Shown: positions 59,368 through 64,000 of the stretch, piece after piece
How positions within the stretch are numbered: position 1 is the stretch's first letter
How the letters are laid out: each line of letters starts with the position of its first letter
NCBI GenBank assembly: GCA_012295275.1
Contig: CM022673.1
Coordinates: 5,766,001 to 5,830,000 of the forward strand
Origin: Chrysomallon squamiferum
Taxonomy: Eukaryota > Animalia > Mollusca
Reading direction: 5' to 3'
DNA length: 64,000 bases
The notes under the pieces: model-generated
Databases searched by the model: none
Told to the model about the DNA's origin: nothing
The model's input: only the letters and a program-made list of their open reading frames with translations
Program-made: the position numbers and the translations under genes

Positions 59368-59749
59368 GCTAGAACCTATTTAAATTTAGAACCAGTATCG
59401 TCAGAAAAACAGTATTGAAAGAATATGTCATTATTTAAAAGTTCCACTATATTTTATATCTTTTGAAATAAATACACTTTTTATACCAAAAGTAACATTT
59501 CCATTATTTAAAACCCACCAAACTTTTGTATAAACCTTTCCTGGCTTATACAAATTGTCACTGAGAGAGTCAGTCTTCCGGGTTAAACAATAATTAATAT
59601 GTTTTGTTCCACTGCAGAAAATACAGTTTAAATTGTGTTTTCTTTATATGTTCTCAACATGTTCACCGAGTGAAGTCTTTAGAGAAATAAACTTTTTGTC
59701 TTGTCTACTGATACAGCATTATCGTGAGTCTTAATTATTACTAGTATTA

Positions 59750-59915
59750 CAACAGTGGCAACATCAACAACTACTGCAGCTAATACTGTAACAGTGGCAA
59801 CAACAACAACAACTACAGCTAATACTATAACAGCAGCAACAACAACAACTACAGCTAATACTATAACAGTAGCAACAACAACAACAACTACCGCTCTTAC
59901 TGTAACAGTAGCAAC
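59750..59915. repeat. Degenerate ~33-39-bp minisatellite built from ACA/ACT triplets
   Basis: A unit resembling ACAGTGGCAACAACAACAACTACAGCTAATACT(G/A)TA is repeated 4-5 times. It produces the spurious Thr-rich ORF. Confidence 0.75.
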
Positions 59916-61639
59916 GACATCTACAAGCTACCATCACGATGAAATATTGATTCAACTGTTCCTTCTACTGCTTTTATCAATACTTCTACCATTACGAAGA
60001 CTACGACTACTACTGCCATCTACTCTACTATTCCTGCTTCGGGAACTACTGCTACTCCCACTAGAGCTTCTACTGTTTTTACTACTCCTAGTACTACAGC
60101 TACTAGTACTATTGATCTACAATAATTTTATTACTATTACGTCTATTGCTACGCTTGATGTTACTAGTACGTTTAGTAATATTTATAGCATTACTAAATA
60201 ATAAGAAAAATGATGATGATGATATTAGTAACAAAGGAGAAAAATGGGAAAACAATAACAATTAAAAAAAAAGTGGAAAAAAGGAGCTTACGAAAAAAAA
60301 AAAAAGATAGAAAGGAGAAGCAGTATAAACATTTATTCATTTTTCTACTAAATATACATTATCGTATCCTCAGATAATTTTTTTTTATTTATTTTTTTTT
60401 TTTTTTTAGAAATATAGATGCTTCATTTTTCTACTAAATTACATTATTATCTTCAGAAATTTTTTTTTTTTTTTTTTTTTTTAGAAATATAGTATTTACC
60501 TCCCTTTGCTTTACGGTCAAGGCTGAGGCACCATTTCCAATAAATATTAATTGAAAATTATTTTACTATCCCGTTGTAGCGTGCAGGACAGCTGATTTAA
60601 CGTTTCTCTATAAAATTATCATCATTCGGTTAAGGTGCCGTGCGTGCAGTTAGTGAACCCAGAGCATCACGATATAATAACAAACAGTCTCTGGAGCACG
60701 CTGGTGTTTATATAAATACGTTACAAATTACAAATATGGCCCAAAAGAGTAATTAGTCTGTCGCATTTGAAAAAAAAAAAAAAAAAAAAAATCCTTTGAT
60801 GAAAATGAATACGATTGATATGAAAACAAAAATCTGTACGTTGTCTCATTTTTGAAAATATTTAAGGCAGGAAGAAGTAGAGAAGGTTTGTTTATATATT
60901 TACTTGTTTACTTTATTTTACTTTATTTTATTTTATTTATTATTTATTTATTATTTATTTATTTTATTTATTTTATTTTATTTATTTATTTATTTATTTA
61001 TTTATTTTTTTTTTTTTTTAAAGTTTAAAGAAATTTGTTTGTGTGTTCATGTTTATCCGTAGGCAAACAAGTTTGTGTGTAAACAAGTAGTAATGACTGA
61101 ATAATAATTTATAAAATAGCCAAACAAAAAAACATATATCCACAATAGAAAGCTGTATTAAACAAACAAATAAATAAATAATAAGCTCAGCTGACATAGT
61201 TATTGTATCACAGAAATCTGGCTTTTATGCCTCTAGCAGATTTTAACACAACCATCTCTATTTTTTTTCTTACCAAAGACGTAATTACAACTTTATACGT
61301 CAGTAATGAGTCAGAATTATTTTGCTAAGTCATCCCTACTGGCGCCTCTATTCTTCCCAGTTCAATTAATAGACTGGTTCTAAGTGCGCGGGCTGAACGA
61401 ATTAAAAAGAGATTTTGCAAAACCAGTATATAACCGCCATATTTGATTGACACATTAATGGAAAACGCGAAGTGGATTCTGATAGGTTTTTACGAATATG
61501 GCACGGTCTGTATTGAAAAATGATAGCTGGTGATTAAATATGTTAGATATGGGAAATTAAATGAAAACAGCATGCCTATCCAGAGAAGAATAATAAATTG
61601 AAAAAATGGTAAAACAGAAGAAGACGAATGATCGAAAAA

Positions 61640-61676
<37 letters not shown>

Positions 61677-62743
61677 GAAAAGGTTAAGAAAGAAGAAGCC
61701 ATCCTTCTTCGGTTGCACGTAAAAGTAAATTAATACCACGAGTTCATTTTCGACTTCGTCTTGTCCTGGTTCGTTGATTGACTAGACTTAATTAATGCCA
61801 CTTAATGTGTTTGAATTTACTTTGGGGGTTTTACTTGAGCGACATCTAGAAAACGTCTGTGGAATTCTGATAAGCTGCATCCTGCACACAAGGGAATATT
61901 CCGTGACATTCTCGAATGTTAAAGCAGTTTCTAAGTGTAACAAATATGTTTTTCTTTTCTGGGAATTAATCGATAATAAGAAATATTAGATTTTCATGTG
62001 CTGTCAGCTTTTATTGCCTTGTGTGACCATGAGTTTTTGGTGTTTTTTTCTTCTTTTCTATCATTTCTGAAGTTTTTTTTAACTATATTAGTCTGATTAT
62101 CGGTTTATCTGTGTGTCTTTCTGTCTCTTCGTATCTGTCATTAGTCTATTCATCAACTAGTGAATCAGTTAATCTATCTATCTATCTGTCTGGGTTTTTT
62201 GTCTATTTATCTGCCTGCCTATCTCTCGATCTATCTCTCTGTATTTCTGTCTGTGTGTCTGTCTGCATATTTATCTATCCTCCTGTCTATCTATTTGTCT
62301 ACATATACATATATCCAACTACCTAGCTACATATCTATGTTTATGTTTTAGTATTTTTGTTCATCTCCACAATTCTATCTATTTGTTGTTTGTTTTATCT
62401 GCTTAATTTTCTCACTGTGCCTGAGCCTCGGTCATTTTGTTTTCTTAAAATCTTTTGTTCATTTCGTCTACGGCATTTCTCACTCTTTGCTTTCTTTGTA
62501 AACTTTGTGCATTCTTTCATTCTTGCACTTGTCGCTGTTAGCTTTTTTTTTTTTTTTTTTTTTTTTCATTCTTTCATTTAATCTTTCATTCATCAGTCAT
62601 TCACTGATTTATTTTCTTCGGTCGTTCATTAAATTCTTTATTTCGATAATCTTCTCTTTGCACTTTCTTTCGTGTCTTCCTCAACCTCATTAACTCTCTC
62701 GTGCCATCCTTTCGTGCAAGTATCAGTTAGTTTCCTCAACGTA

Positions 62744-62774
<31 letters not shown>

Positions 62775-63215
62775 AATACACTCCAAATTAACATTCGCTC
62801 CATATCTAAACCAATGCACGACCTAAGACATTTCTAACGATCACTCTTTGCAGCATCAATTAAATTTACACGTTTCATGAACCCTTGTCCAGTCTTTCGA
62901 ACAGAAAACGTGAACCGTATCGATCACGGAGAAAGGGTTAACTCGGTGTTTGGAAATATAGAGAAACGCCAATAATTTGCAGTTTGCTTCGTGCCTGAAT
63001 CGCTAATCTGACTCGAACATGCATGGGTCAGAGCCAGTAAGGTAGAGAGCGTCGTTATAAATGTTCTTTCGATTGGTGACCGTATTTCCATCGGATAACG
63101 TTTCTGCTGAAATTAGAGGTGTGATGATTAAATGAAAGAAGTGACCTTATTACAAATGGTTTTGAAGTTGGACAAATGAATGCTGGCAAAACGATAAAGG
63201 TTTAACTGCAAGAGA

Positions 63216-63262
<47 letters not shown>

Positions 63263-63419
63263 TGAGAGAGAGAGGGAGGGAGTGAAAGAGAGAGAGAGAG
63301 AGAGAGTTAGAGAGAGAGAGTGAAAGAGATAGAGAGAGGGAGAGAGAAAAGAGTTGTAGTATATGACTATTACATTACTGGCAATGTGGATTTAATTTTA
63401 TCGTTCCAGTAAAAATACT

Positions 63420-63600
63420 GCATCTAATGCTAAAATAGAGCATCGTTGTGATATGCTTTGGTAGCAAGATCAGTCCCCAGCAGATCTATTGAGTAAGTTC
63501 TCGCACTGACCTGCCCATCAGTCCACTAGTGATAGGGTTTATCAAAGAGCCCCCTACCGGTAGGAAGGTGTGAATAAGTGATCCCTAATCTCTAAGTGAT
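63420..63600 (+). mobile_element. Degenerate tRNA-derived SINE-like remnant
   Basis: A decayed tRNA-like head (TAGAGCATCG...GATCAGTCCCC) is followed by blocks TTCTCG / GGTTTATCAAAG / GGAAGGTGTGAATAAGTGATCCCT. These resemble, from memory, a SINE central domain seen in molluscs. Not verified by alignment. Confidence 0.35.
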
Positions 63601-64000
63601 TGCTAATCTCTAAGTGATTGCTAATCTCTAAGACTAAAAGATTTCAGTGATCCTTTGCGCCTCGCATGCCACACTTATAAATAATTCTTCAAAGTTCTGT
63701 TACACAAAATATAATTAACTGCATTCTAAATAATTCACGAAGTAATTAGCCTCCATATACAAAAACTATTGTTTCAGATTCTAAAACATTACTAATCAAT
63801 ATTTGTTTTTTTTATCTGAGTGTAGTAGCAATGCCATTTCTATGCAATTAACAAACAAAAAAATATTATCATCAAAAACATATCCCAAAAGCGTGGAATC
63901 CGAATAAATAATAAATAAAGGAAAACAAAAATGTTCTATTTCCAGAACGCATTCTGTGTAACCAGTATTGTTCGTGATATCCAAATCCAGACGTATATGA

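Noticed and set aside
59755-60201. Thr-rich mucin-like ORF with hydrophobic tail
   Set aside because: Starts at GTG and is composed of ACA/ACT triplet repeats; no signal peptide or supporting splice structure.

Overview
This window is AT-rich, microsatellite-dense animal genomic DNA with spliceosomal introns; a mollusc or other lophotrochozoan is plausible but is inference only. Most short ORFs in the track are microsatellite or antisense artefacts. Six protein-coding loci and one RNA gene can be reconstructed by hand from GT-AG junctions: (1) a very large multi-C2H2 zinc-finger gene (minus strand, running off the window start); (2) a 6-exon PTTG1IP/PBF-like membrane protein (minus, 202 aa); (3) a 3-exon GPI-anchored Ly6/uPAR (three-finger, Quiver-like) protein (plus, 140 aa); (4) a complete U3 snoRNA gene nested in Ly6 intron 2; (5-6) two tandem prolyl 4-hydroxylase alpha paralogs with intronless coding regions, one carrying a single 1-bp frameshift; (7) a 3-coding-exon, divergent prostanoid-receptor-like class A GPCR (minus, 454 aa). 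No further protein-coding gene could be supported in 47-64 kb, which holds microsatellites, degenerate SINE-like remnants and a few hairpins. The strongest leads are the retrogene-like, patchily homogenised P4HA pair with altered conserved motifs; a 15-nt in-frame microexon and a candidate 36-nt exon that would add a second YxxΦ sorting signal to the PTTG1IP tail; the nested U3 gene; and a GPCR lacking D2.50. I cannot support a wholly new biological system from sequence alone.
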